Assembly: GCA_021821045.1 (NCBI GenBank)
Contig: JAKACW010000004.1
Location: 33,835-97,834 of the forward strand
Reading direction: 5' to 3'
Origin: Pseudomonadota bacterium
GTDB taxonomy: Bacteria > Pseudomonadota > Gammaproteobacteria > JAADHS01
Length of the DNA: 64,000 nucleotides
Of the stretch, positions 23,909-34,081 are shown in pieces; positions within the stretch are counted from its first letter, which is position 1; each line of letters opens with the position of its first letter. A program made the position numbers and the translations under genes. Under the pieces are notes generated by a model, which was not told the origin of the DNA, did not search any database, and saw only the letters and a program-made list of their open reading frames with translations.

Positions 23909-25094
23909 TGTGGTGGTCATTGGCGGAGGGATTCACGGGGCGGGGGTTGCGCAAGCGGCCGCCGCATCGGGCTACCGTGTGTTGGTTTTGGAGCAGTCCC
24001 AGATCGCCGCGGGCACATCGAGTCGTTCGAGCAAACTCATTCACGGCGGGCTGCGCTATCTAGAACAGGCCCAGCTCCACCTTGTCCACGAGTGCCTGCG
24101 CGAACGGGCATTGTTGTTGAAGAACGCGCCGGAACTGGTGCGACTGGTGCCGTTTCACATCCCCGTGTATCGCGAATCCAAACGGGCAAGTGCAACCATC
24201 GCCCTTGGGCTATCCCTGTATTACGGCCTCGGCGGCTTCGGCGCGGCCAATCGCTTTTCCCGTGTACCCCGCTCCCAATGGGACACGCTCGATGGCATCG
24301 AAACCAAGGGATTGCGCGCCGTATACCGGTATTTCGATGGCCAGACCGACGACCGCGCATTGACCCAAGCCGTGATGAATTCCGCTTTTTCCCTTGGCGC
24401 CGAATTGCGCATGCCGGCGCGGTTCGAAAGAGCGGACATCGCGGGCGACGAAGTAAAAGTGTTTTTTCAGCACAAGGGGCGCTCGGCGGAAGTGACCACC
24501 CGGGTTGTCGTCAACGCGGCAGGCCCGTGGGTTAACGATGTGCTCAAGCAAGTCACACCGGCGACAGCGGCACTGCAAATCAAGCGGGTTCAAGGCAGCC
24601 ACATTCTTGTTGCGGGCAACATCACGCGCGGCATTTATTATCTCGAAGCGCCGCAAGACCGGCGCCCCGTATTCGTCATGCCGTGGCACGAGGACACCAT
24701 CATGGTGGGCACGACAGAAAAGCTTTTCGACGGCGACCCCGCGCAAGTGTACGCCAGCGTAGAAGAGAAGACGTACTTGCTCGAGACCTTGTCGGCCTAT
24801 TTCCCCCGCTATCATTCGGCCGAGGCGGCGCGCATCAAAGACGCCTTTGCCGGTCTCAGAGTGCTGCCCTCCGGCCCGAGCAACCTCAACGCCCTGCCCC
24901 GCGACACCACGCTGCACGTCGATCGATCCGACCGGCCGCGCATTCTAACGATCTACGGCGGCAAACTCACCGCCTATCGCGCCACCGCCGAAGCCATCAT
25001 GAAACGTTTAAGTCCAAGCCTTCCCGCACCGGCCAAAGCCGTATCCACCACAACCCTGCCGTTGAAACGCGGCCCCCTGCGCTACGCCCTCTAG
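23889..25094 (+). CDS. FAD-dependent glycerol-3-phosphate dehydrogenase/oxidase family protein, short form
   Basis: IGGGIHG, GTSSRSSKLIHGGLRYLE, VNAAGPW, GSHI, GGKLTAYR; lacks the C-terminal cap domain. Confidence 0.88.
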   Translation: MTNAPLDVVVIGGGIHGAGVAQAAAASGYRVLVLEQSQIAAGTSSRSSKLIHGGLRYLEQAQLHLVHECLRERALLLKNAPELVRLVPFHIPVYRESKRASATIALGLSLYYGLGGFGAANRFSRVPRSQWDTLDGIETKGLRAVYRYFDGQTDDRALTQAVMNSAFSLGAELRMPARFERADIAGDEVKVFFQHKGRSAEVTTRVVVNAAGPWVNDVLKQVTPATAALQIKRVQGSHILVAGNITRGIYYLEAPQDRRPVFVMPWHEDTIMVGTTEKLFDGDPAQVYASVEEKTYLLETLSAYFPRYHSAEAARIKDAFAGLRVLPSGPSNLNALPRDTTLHVDRSDRPRILTIYGGKLTAYRATAEAIMKRLSPSLPAPAKAVSTTTLPLKRGPLRYAL

Positions 25095-25204
25095 GGAGTC
25101 AGGCCTCCAACCAAGCCGAATCCTTGGGGGTCAGACCCCCGATTAACTGGCTTAGTTGGAGGCCTGACCCCCGGCTAATTCGGTTGGTTGGGGGTCTGAC
25201 CCCG
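25094..25204. repeat. Cluster of four palindromic GGGGGTC(A/T)GACCCCC-type REP-like units with 32-nt period
   Basis: Units start at 25094, 25126, 25158 and 25190; the 17-nt linkers are related to each other in inverted orientation. Confidence 0.85.
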
Positions 25205-25256
25205 AACAATAGTAAAATGCCCGTTCACTTGCCTTGACTGAGATAAGTTTCGCGAC

Positions 25257-27230
25257 ATGAAAAACCTATGGAATCAATCCGAAGCAGATCAATACGCCGG
25301 CGACCTGGCCAGCCGCGTCTACACGTCACGTTTACTCGGCCGTGAACCGGCGCTGGTGCTGCACGGCGGCGGCAATACGTCGGTGAAGATCAGAGAGCGC
25401 AACATCGTCGGCGAGGATGAAGACGTCTTATACGTCAAAGGCAGCGGCTGGGATTTGGCGACGATCGAAGCGGCGGGGTTCGCGCCGGTGCGGATGCCGC
25501 ACTTACTCAGATTGGCGCAGCTGCCGGCGTTGTCCGACCCGCAGATGGTCAACGAATTGCGCACCCAAATGACCCGTGCCAGCGCGCCGACACCCTCGGT
25601 CGAAACCATTCTTCACGCGGTACTGCCGTTCAAGTTCGTCGATCACACCCATGCTGACGCCCTCGTGGCAGTCACCAATACCGCCGGCGGCGAAGACCGC
25701 ATAAAAGAGATTTACGGCGACCGCGTCGTCATCATCCCCTACATCATGCCGGGCTTCGATCTCGCCCGCTTGGTGGCGGAACGGTTCGCAAAATATGCCA
25801 CGCCGCGCACCGAGGGCATGGTGCTGTTGAATCACGGCATCTTCTCGTTCGGCGGCACCGCCAAGGAAAGCTACGACCGCATGATCGACTTAGTCGGCGC
25901 GGCGGAGGATTATCTCAAGCGGAAAAGCGCCTGGGATTTGCCGCCGCCCCAGCCCCGCGCGACGGAGCCGCGTTTGCGCGAACACATCGCCGCTTTGCGC
26001 TTGGCTGTCAGCCAGGCCGCCGGCAGCTCCATGACCCTGCGTCGCATTGATCATCCGAAAGCCCTGGCCTTCTCCCAACGCGACGACATCGCAACCATCG
26101 CGCAGCAGGGGCCGGCGACGCCCGACCATGTCATTCGCACCAAGCGGATTCCACTCATGGGGCGCGATGTGAACCGCTACTGCGCCGACTACAAGGCCTA
26201 TTTCGAACGCCATGCGCCCCATGCCCGCGAGCCGAAAACCATGCTCGATCCCGCGCCGCGAGTGGTCGTGGACTCGGACTTGGGCGTGCTATGCGCCGGT
26301 CACAGCGGCAAAGACGCGCAAATCGTCGCCGACATTTACGATCACACCATCGATGTCATCCTGGGGGCCCAAATGCTGGGCGGCTATGTCGCTCTGCCGG
26401 AACGCGATCTGTTCGACATGGAGTACTGGGATCTCGAACAAGCCAAGCTTCGTTCAGGCGCCAAACCACCGCTGCTGCGCGGTCAGGTCGCGCTGGTCAC
26501 CGGTGCGGCGTCGGGCATCGGCCTGGCGTGCGCCAACATGCTGCAAAAGAACGGCGCGTCGGTTGTGGGCCTGGACATCAACCCCAAGATCAACGCCTTG
26601 TTTCGAGGAGACGACGCGCTGGGCATCACCGCTGACGTAACCATTGCGGAACACATTCAGCACGCGCTGGAAACAACCGTGCGACGCTTTGGCGGTCTGG
26701 ACATCCTGGTGCTCAATGCGGGCATCTTCCCAGGCGGCTGCCGCATCGAAGCGCTGTCCGATAGCGATTGGCGTCGCGTCATGAGCATCAACCTCGACAG
26801 CAATCTCGTCTGGCTGCGCGAAGCTCATTCGCTATTGAAGTTATCCCCGAGCGGCGGTCGGGTCATCGTAATCGGTTCGAAAAACGTGCCTGCGCCCGGC
26901 CCGGGAGCAGCCGCATACTCCGCATCCAAGGCCGCCTTGAACCAACTGGCGCGGGTTGCCGCCCTGGAATGGGGCCAGGACAATATCCGCATCAACAGCA
27001 TTCATCCCAACGCAGTGTTCGACACGGGCCTGTGGACCGACGAGGTTCTCCAGGCGCGGGCGCGCCATTACGGCATGAGCGTGGACAACTATAAGCGGAA
27101 CAATTTGCTGCGCACCGAAGTCACCAGCGACGACGTGGCCCAATTGGTGCTCGCCATGTGCGGCCCGGCGTTCGCCAAAACCACCGGCGCGCAGGTGCCC
27201 GTCGACGGCGGTAACGATCGGGTGGTTTAG
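25257..27230 (+). CDS. Bifunctional class II aldolase / short-chain dehydrogenase (RhaD-SDR fusion type)
   Basis: HGGGNTSVK, VETILH, DHTH, NHG; SDR TGAASGIG, NAG, YSASK, VDGG. Confidence 0.92.
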   Translation: MKNLWNQSEADQYAGDLASRVYTSRLLGREPALVLHGGGNTSVKIRERNIVGEDEDVLYVKGSGWDLATIEAAGFAPVRMPHLLRLAQLPALSDPQMVNELRTQMTRASAPTPSVETILHAVLPFKFVDHTHADALVAVTNTAGGEDRIKEIYGDRVVIIPYIMPGFDLARLVAERFAKYATPRTEGMVLLNHGIFSFGGTAKESYDRMIDLVGAAEDYLKRKSAWDLPPPQPRATEPRLREHIAALRLAVSQAAGSSMTLRRIDHPKALAFSQRDDIATIAQQGPATPDHVIRTKRIPLMGRDVNRYCADYKAYFERHAPHAREPKTMLDPAPRVVVDSDLGVLCAGHSGKDAQIVADIYDHTIDVILGAQMLGGYVALPERDLFDMEYWDLEQAKLRSGAKPPLLRGQVALVTGAASGIGLACANMLQKNGASVVGLDINPKINALFRGDDALGITADVTIAEHIQHALETTVRRFGGLDILVLNAGIFPGGCRIEALSDSDWRRVMSINLDSNLVWLREAHSLLKLSPSGGRVIVIGSKNVPAPGPGAAAYSASKAALNQLARVAALEWGQDNIRINSIHPNAVFDTGLWTDEVLQARARHYGMSVDNYKRNNLLRTEVTSDDVAQLVLAMCGPAFAKTTGAQVPVDGGNDRVV

Positions 27231-27253
27231 CGCCTATTTTGTTGCGGGAAGAA

Positions 27254-27355
27254 ATCGCGGTAGGAAACCGCTCCCACGGATGACGCGGTTCGGTTGCGCG
27301 GGCGGGTCATTCCGCGATTCTTCGCCGATTCGATCGCGGAATAATCCGCTCCCAC
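27254..27355. repeat. GTGG/GTAG-family REP cluster (three units; two form an inverted doublet)
   Basis: GTGGGAGCGGTTTCCTACCGCGAT (minus, 27254-27277), degenerate plus copy 27296-27318, GTGGGAGCGGATTATTCCGCGAT (minus, 27333-27355). Confidence 0.8.
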
Positions 27356-27459
27356 GGCATGGTCGGATTTGGCAAGCCGACAGTGGTTCCGCAGCTTCAC
27401 CCCGGTCACGTATAATGGCCGTCCAAGCACATTCACCAACGGACTGAGTTCAGGACACC

Positions 27460-29133
<1,674 letters not shown>

Positions 29134-29155
29134 TGCACGCGCGCATTTCAAACTC

Positions 29156-29185
29156 GGCGAAGGGGAATACGTGCGCCCCTTCGCC
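29156..29185 (+). terminator. Strong hairpin after ettA
   Basis: GGCGAAGGGG-N10-CCCCTTCGCC; the U tract is not immediately adjacent. Confidence 0.4.
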
Positions 29186-29314
29186 AACTGCGCACGCCGG
29201 TGATTTTTAACCCGGCATCCCAATAATAATATTTTCACGACGGTTTTTTGCGCGCAAGCGTCCGAGTCCCCTCCCTGTCATCGCGCACTCTCTCCTCAAA
29301 ATCACTCAATTTAG

Positions 29315-29342
29315 TAAAGCTTCCCTCCCCCAAAGCCGATTC
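29315..29342 (+). promoter_or_regulatory. Candidate sigma28-like promoter
   Basis: TAAAGCTT-N12-GCCGATTC (spacer one base longer than consensus). Confidence 0.4.
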
Positions 29343-29376
29343 GTATGTCACAGAACTGACCAGTTCTGGTTCTGTT

Positions 29377-29392
29377 TGGCGAACCGGTTGCA
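29377..29392 (+). promoter_or_regulatory. Candidate sigma54 -24/-12 promoter
   Basis: TGGCGAACCGGTTGCA, exact GG-N10-GC with TTGCA; perfect inverted repeat CAGAACTG-AC-CAGTTCTG at 29351-29368 just upstream. Confidence 0.5.
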
Positions 29393-29449
29393 GGGAGAAT
29401 TCAGCGCGTGCCAGGGACATTGCCCAACAAGCAGTTCTGCCAGAGGGTT

Positions 29450-30478
29450 GTGCCGCCCGGCGACTATCTCATTCGAGCGTTCAGCGATCGGCTCACCGCC
29501 GTTCTCATCATCCATCTGTTAGTCGCCGCGCTCCTGCTCGGCGGCTGCAATCAGCCCTTGCTGCTTGAATCCAATGCACCCAAACACGTCGTGCTTCTCC
29601 TTTACGGAGATTCGCGCAAACCGCTGGTCGACGGCTTTGTCGAGGGTCTGGGAGAGCTGGGCTATGCGGAGGGCGAGAATATCAAGTTCACTTTTCTGAA
29701 CGCCCAAAATGATCCATCCCAGCTCGAACCGATGATTCAATCGATGCTCGACAAGGACATGGACGTGCTTGTGGCCTGCGGCGGACTCGAATCGGACGCG
29801 GCCCACGCTGTTCTCCAGCATTCCGACATTCCCGTGGTCAATGCGCAAAACAGCTCGATTGTCGAACGCGGCCTCGTCGCCAGCCGCCAGCACCCCGGCT
29901 GGAACATCACCGGCGTGGACAGCTTGGGCGCGGAAATCTCCGGCAAAAGGGTCGAACTCATCCACGACCTGCTGCCCGATGCAAGGCGAGTGCTCATCCT
30001 GTATCACGACAAGATTGCCCCCTCGCGCATCGGCTACGACGTCGCGGCCCAGACTGCCGCGAAACTCGGCATGACCGTAGTTGGCCGAACCGTAGTCACG
30101 CGGCCGGAAATCGAGAACGCGATGTCGAGTCTGCGACCCGGTGAAGTCGACGCCATGCTGCTGGTTCCATCGGCGCCCGTCGACAATGCATTGGAAGACA
30201 TCATTTTGCCGATCGCCGCGCGCTTGAACCTGCCGATTATGGGTCACGCGCGCGCGCAGGCCAAACAAGGCGTGTTCGCCAGCTATGGCGCCTCATCGCG
30301 TCAGAACGGCAAACAAGCCGCTCGCTTGGCGGACAAAGTGCTTCGCGGCGTGCCCGCCTCCAGCCTGCCGTTTGAAACGCCGAAGCAGTTTGAGCTCATC
30401 GTCAACAAGTCTGCGGCGCATACGCTCAACATCAAATTACCCGCTTTGGCGGAGAGTCAAGTCAACGAATTTATCTAG
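29450..30478 (+). CDS. ABC-type substrate-binding lipoprotein (ABC_sub_bind type), orphan
   Basis: Lipobox LLGGC, GL.ELGY.EG.N, PG.NITGV, GKR.EL, ASYG, AARLADKVLRG...LP.E.P..FEL.VN; GTG at 29450 follows GAGGG. Confidence 0.88.
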   Translation: MPPGDYLIRAFSDRLTAVLIIHLLVAALLLGGCNQPLLLESNAPKHVVLLLYGDSRKPLVDGFVEGLGELGYAEGENIKFTFLNAQNDPSQLEPMIQSMLDKDMDVLVACGGLESDAAHAVLQHSDIPVVNAQNSSIVERGLVASRQHPGWNITGVDSLGAEISGKRVELIHDLLPDARRVLILYHDKIAPSRIGYDVAAQTAAKLGMTVVGRTVVTRPEIENAMSSLRPGEVDAMLLVPSAPVDNALEDIILPIAARLNLPIMGHARAQAKQGVFASYGASSRQNGKQAARLADKVLRGVPASSLPFETPKQFELIVNKSAAHTLNIKLPALAESQVNEFI

Positions 30479-30481
30479 ACC

Positions 30482-32512
30482 ATGTCATTCCTCCGCGGCC
30501 CTAAACGCATCGCCAACAAGATCATACTGCTCGTGCTCATGATCGAGGTGTGTTCTGTCGCCTTATGGGGAACCCTCACCTACCTCGGAACGCGCAAAGA
30601 ACTGCTCAGCAGTATCAGTAATCAGCTTTCCGAGGTCGCTCTGCGCACCACGTCCGAAATCGGCAACTTTTTCGTTCCGGTCGATATTCACACGGGCGTT
30701 CTCGCCGACGCTCTGTTCGATATGCCCAGTGCGGAACCTGAAACGAAGCGCCGCATGGTCAACCAGTTCATGCGTCACCGCCTCGAAGTAGAGGAAATCA
30801 GCGTCGCTGATGCGACAAGCCAGGAACTCATCCGCACGTCCCGAACGAAAGGTTTTGGTCCGGCGGACTTGAGAAACCTGTCGGAGGATAGATTGCTGCA
30901 GTTGTCCTTGAAAGGCGCGAAGAGCATCGGCTCGATCATGTTTTCCGAGTATCTGGAACCCCGCTTGCGCATGGCCGTGCCCATCGGCCCGAAGGCCGAC
31001 ACGACGGGAAGCTTGCTCGTCACGATCAATCTGAAGTGGCTCTGGGACGTTATCCAAGCCCAGCATGTCGGCGAATCGGGCTATGTCTACGTCGTCGACG
31101 AAAAACTCAATCTCATCGGCCACATCGACCCGAGCTACGTTCTATCGGGAACCGATCTGTCCAATTCAAGCATTCCCGCCGCGCTGTTTCAAAGCGGGAA
31201 ACTGGACAAATTCCTTGTCTACAAGAATTTCACCGGTACCGATGTCGCCGGCATCAGCCGCTTCGACCCCGCCAATCGTTGGTGGGTCATTGTAGAACAG
31301 CCCGTGAGCGAAGGACTGGCGCCCCTGCGCCGGGTCATCGAGCGTTTCTTGCTGGTGTTCCTGCTGGCGGTACCCGCGACCATCACGGCGGTGCTCTTCT
31401 TCTCCCGGCTGACCATGCGCCCGCTCGAGTCATTCGAGCACGGCATCGCGCGCGTCGCTCGTGGTGAACGCGATGTACAGATTCCAATCGCAAGGAACTC
31501 GGAACTTGCTACCCTGGCCGAAGGCTTCAACGCCATGGCGGAACACTTGGACCGGCGAATCGAGGAACTGCTGGCGTCCGAATCGAGGCTCAAAGAATCC
31601 GAAGAGCGCTATCGAAAATTGAGCGCCACGTTGCAGCACAGAGTCGATCAAGCGACTCGGCAATTGCGCCTGACCAATCAGCGATTGCAGGCGGCGGCAA
31701 CGTCCGCACAACAAGCCAACGCCGCCAAGAGCGCCTTTCTGGCCAACATGAGTCACGAACTGCGCACGCCGCTCAATGCGATCATCGGCTACACGGAAAT
31801 GCTCAGCGAAGAGGCCAGCGACGCCGGCGCGGAGCAAACCTTGCGCGACCTGGAGAAAGTTCACCGCGCGGCCGTCTACTTGCTGGAGCTGATCAACAAC
31901 ATTCTCGATCTATCAAAAGTCGAGTCCGGCAAGATGGAAGTGTATATCGAACCGATGGACATTGCCGGCATGGTGAACGCCACGCTTGACACGGTGCAGC
32001 CACTGGCCGAAAAAGGCGGCAACACACTTGCTATCCGCTGCCCGGCCGACCTCGGTGAGATGCACACCGATGCGACTAAAATGCGCCAATGCCTCATTAA
32101 CCTGCTGGGGAACGCCTGCAAGTTCACCCACAGCGGGACGATCACTTGCGAGGTTCGCTCGGTAACACTGGCAAAGCACGAATACATCGACTTTGTGGTG
32201 CAGGACACGGGGATCGGCATGACAAAAGCACAACTGGACACCATCTTCGAGGCGTTCACCCAGGCGGACTCGTCCACAACCCGCAAGTACGGCGGCACAG
32301 GTTTAGGACTGGCGATCAGTCGAAAGTTTTGCCGAATGCTGGGCGGCGACATCAGCGTGCGCAGCGAGCATGGGAAAGGGTCGAGATTCATATTACGGGT
32401 GCCGCGATTCGCCGATGCCGAAGCAGTCAAGCTGCATCACGTTTTGGTCAAGGTAGACCCCAGGTGCAATCCGTCCGTGCATCCCGGTAGTGCGACCACG
32501 TTATCGAACTAA
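30482..32512 (+). CDS. Sensor histidine kinase (2 TM, Cache-like periplasmic region, HAMP, HisKA, HATPase), no receiver domain
   Basis: FLANMSHELRTPLNAIIG, NLLGNACKFT, DTGIG, FEAFTQAD, GGTGLGL. Confidence 0.93.
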   Translation: MSFLRGPKRIANKIILLVLMIEVCSVALWGTLTYLGTRKELLSSISNQLSEVALRTTSEIGNFFVPVDIHTGVLADALFDMPSAEPETKRRMVNQFMRHRLEVEEISVADATSQELIRTSRTKGFGPADLRNLSEDRLLQLSLKGAKSIGSIMFSEYLEPRLRMAVPIGPKADTTGSLLVTINLKWLWDVIQAQHVGESGYVYVVDEKLNLIGHIDPSYVLSGTDLSNSSIPAALFQSGKLDKFLVYKNFTGTDVAGISRFDPANRWWVIVEQPVSEGLAPLRRVIERFLLVFLLAVPATITAVLFFSRLTMRPLESFEHGIARVARGERDVQIPIARNSELATLAEGFNAMAEHLDRRIEELLASESRLKESEERYRKLSATLQHRVDQATRQLRLTNQRLQAAATSAQQANAAKSAFLANMSHELRTPLNAIIGYTEMLSEEASDAGAEQTLRDLEKVHRAAVYLLELINNILDLSKVESGKMEVYIEPMDIAGMVNATLDTVQPLAEKGGNTLAIRCPADLGEMHTDATKMRQCLINLLGNACKFTHSGTITCEVRSVTLAKHEYIDFVVQDTGIGMTKAQLDTIFEAFTQADSSTTRKYGGTGLGLAISRKFCRMLGGDISVRSEHGKGSRFILRVPRFADAEAVKLHHVLVKVDPRCNPSVHPGSATTLSN

Positions 32513-32542
32513 TCTGACACTGTACGAGCAAAGGCAACGACG

Positions 32543-32794
32543 ATGAGAACAACACGTAACATGAACAGGCTCGACCAACTTGTGCGTCTGGTTTTCGGCT
32601 CCCTGTTGATCTACGCGAGCGTCACCCTCGTGGAGTCACTGCTTGTCGCAGTTCCCATTGCGTTATTCGGCGTCGTCAATCTGCTTTCCGCCGCATACGG
32701 CTACTGCCCTGTTTATTCCTTTTTGGGCATCACGTCCCTTTCCGACCCTTGCACCGAGGACGATTCCGCCCCAAATCAATCCGGCAGAAAATGA
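32543..32794 (+). CDS. DUF2892/YgaP-like small membrane protein
   Basis: NM..LD..VR, two TM helices, GYCPVYSFLGI. Confidence 0.85.
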   Translation: MRTTRNMNRLDQLVRLVFGSLLIYASVTLVESLLVAVPIALFGVVNLLSAAYGYCPVYSFLGITSLSDPCTEDDSAPNQSGRK

Positions 32795-32797
32795 GTC

Positions 32798-33262
32798 TCA
32801 TTCCTGGGGAGTCAGTTCGCGGGCAAAGACCAACGCGTCCTCACGCCCGGAGTGCGCCGGATAGTAACCTTGCCGAACGCCGATTTCATTGAAGCCTTCG
32901 TCATTGTAGAGTGCAATTGCTCGAGCATTGGACACCCGCACCTCGAGGAACAACGTGGCAAGATCCAAGCGCCGCGCGTCGTCAATTAACGCGCGCAGCA
33001 ATCGACGGCCAAAACCGCGCCGCTGATACTCCGGCTTCACGCCTAGATTGAGGATATGGCCTTCGCCCGCGCCGTGAGACAAGATCGCGAATCCGATCAC
33101 CGCCTTGTGCAATTCCACCACGCGGCAGACGAAACCCACTTTCAGACAGCCTCGAAAGATGCTTTCGGTCCACGGAAATGGCGTGGCGCTTTTCTCGATG
33201 GCCGCCACGACAGCAACGTCGTCCGGCGTCATGAAGCGAATGGCGGCGTCTTTAGACGTCAT
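32798..33262 (-). CDS. rimI: Ribosomal protein S18 alanine N-acetyltransferase
   Basis: FPW, QRRGFGR, LEVRVSN..A..LY...GF, R.GYY, REDA. Confidence 0.93.
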   Translation of the reverse strand: MTSKDAAIRFMTPDDVAVVAAIEKSATPFPWTESIFRGCLKVGFVCRVVELHKAVIGFAILSHGAGEGHILNLGVKPEYQRRGFGRRLLRALIDDARRLDLATLFLEVRVSNARAIALYNDEGFNEIGVRQGYYPAHSGREDALVFARELTPQE

Positions 33263-33322
33263 GCGTCACGCTCGCCACGACGCCGCGCGCGACAATGCGA
33301 CAGGTGCTTTGCGAATGGGTCT

Positions 33323-33345
33323 TTCGCGAGCACGCTCGCTCCTAC
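33323..33345 (-). repeat. GTAG-family REP unit overlapping the udg stop codon
   Basis: GTAGGAGCGAGCGTGCTCGCGAA with degenerate partner near 33297-33315. Confidence 0.65.
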
Positions 33346-34058
33346 GCTGAGTTGGTGGCGTGATCGGCGGCGTTATTGTAAACGGACACCGCGAACTTCA
33401 AGTCTTCCCATGCGCGGTGCTTTTCGCCGGGCGACCGCAGCAGGTAAGCCGGGTGATAGGTAACAATGACCGGAATGTCACTGCCCGGATAGGTATGAAT
33501 CTTGCCTCGCAAGTTGGCGAGACTGTCGGCCGATTTGAGCAAGTCGTGGGCGGCGACACGCCCGACGGCAAGGATCAGTTTCGGCTTGATCAACTGAATT
33601 TGGCGCCGCAAATAACCGGCGCAACTGGCCACCTCGTCCGGTAGCGGATCGCGATTCTGAGGCGGCCGGCATTTGATGACGTTGGCGATGTAGGCGGTCC
33701 GGCGATTCAGCCCGATGGCGAACAACATGTTATCCAGCAACTTGCCCGCCCGCCCGACAAAGGGTTCGCCCAAACGGTCTTCTTCGGCCCCTGGGGCCTC
33801 GCCGATGATCAGCCACTCGGCCCGCTCGTTGCCGACACCGAACACGGTCTGGGTGCGGGAACTGTGCAGCGCGCATCGAGTACACTCGCGCACTTCGGCC
33901 CGCAAGATCGACCACGGATCGCCTCCATCGATGGGACTCTGCATTGGCGCCGAAGGCGCTGCGCTATCAGCCAGTACCGCGTCGCCGACCGGCGCGCGCG
34001 ACTGCCAAACCGGAATACCCATGGCCGTCAAATACGCGCGCCGTTGTGCGTCATCCAC
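33342..34058 (-). CDS. Family-4 (Fe-S) uracil-DNA glycosylase
   Basis: CTRC, GEAPG..E...[25 protein letters not shown]; start 34058 or 34085. Confidence 0.93.
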   Translation of the reverse strand: MDDAQRRAYLTAMGIPVWQSRAPVGDAVLADSAAPSAPMQSPIDGGDPWSILRAEVRECTRCALHSSRTQTVFGVGNERAEWLIIGEAPGAEEDRLGEPFVGRAGKLLDNMLFAIGLNRRTAYIANVIKCRPPQNRDPLPDEVASCAGYLRRQIQLIKPKLILAVGRVAAHDLLKSADSLANLRGKIHTYPGSDIPVIVTYHPAYLLRSPGEKHRAWEDLKFAVSVYNNAADHATNSA

Positions 34059-34081
34059 CGTGTCGTTCCCCTCTGCGGCTG

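Noticed and set aside
25094-25204. Possible mini-CRISPR array (regularly spaced palindromes)
   Set aside because: Units are only 15 nt and switch orientation, the 17-nt linkers are related to each other, and no cas genes are present; a REP-like cluster fits better
32400-32540. Frameshifted receiver domain after the histidine kinase
   Set aside because: No receiver motifs seen, and the next gene starts 30 bp after the stop, leaving no room
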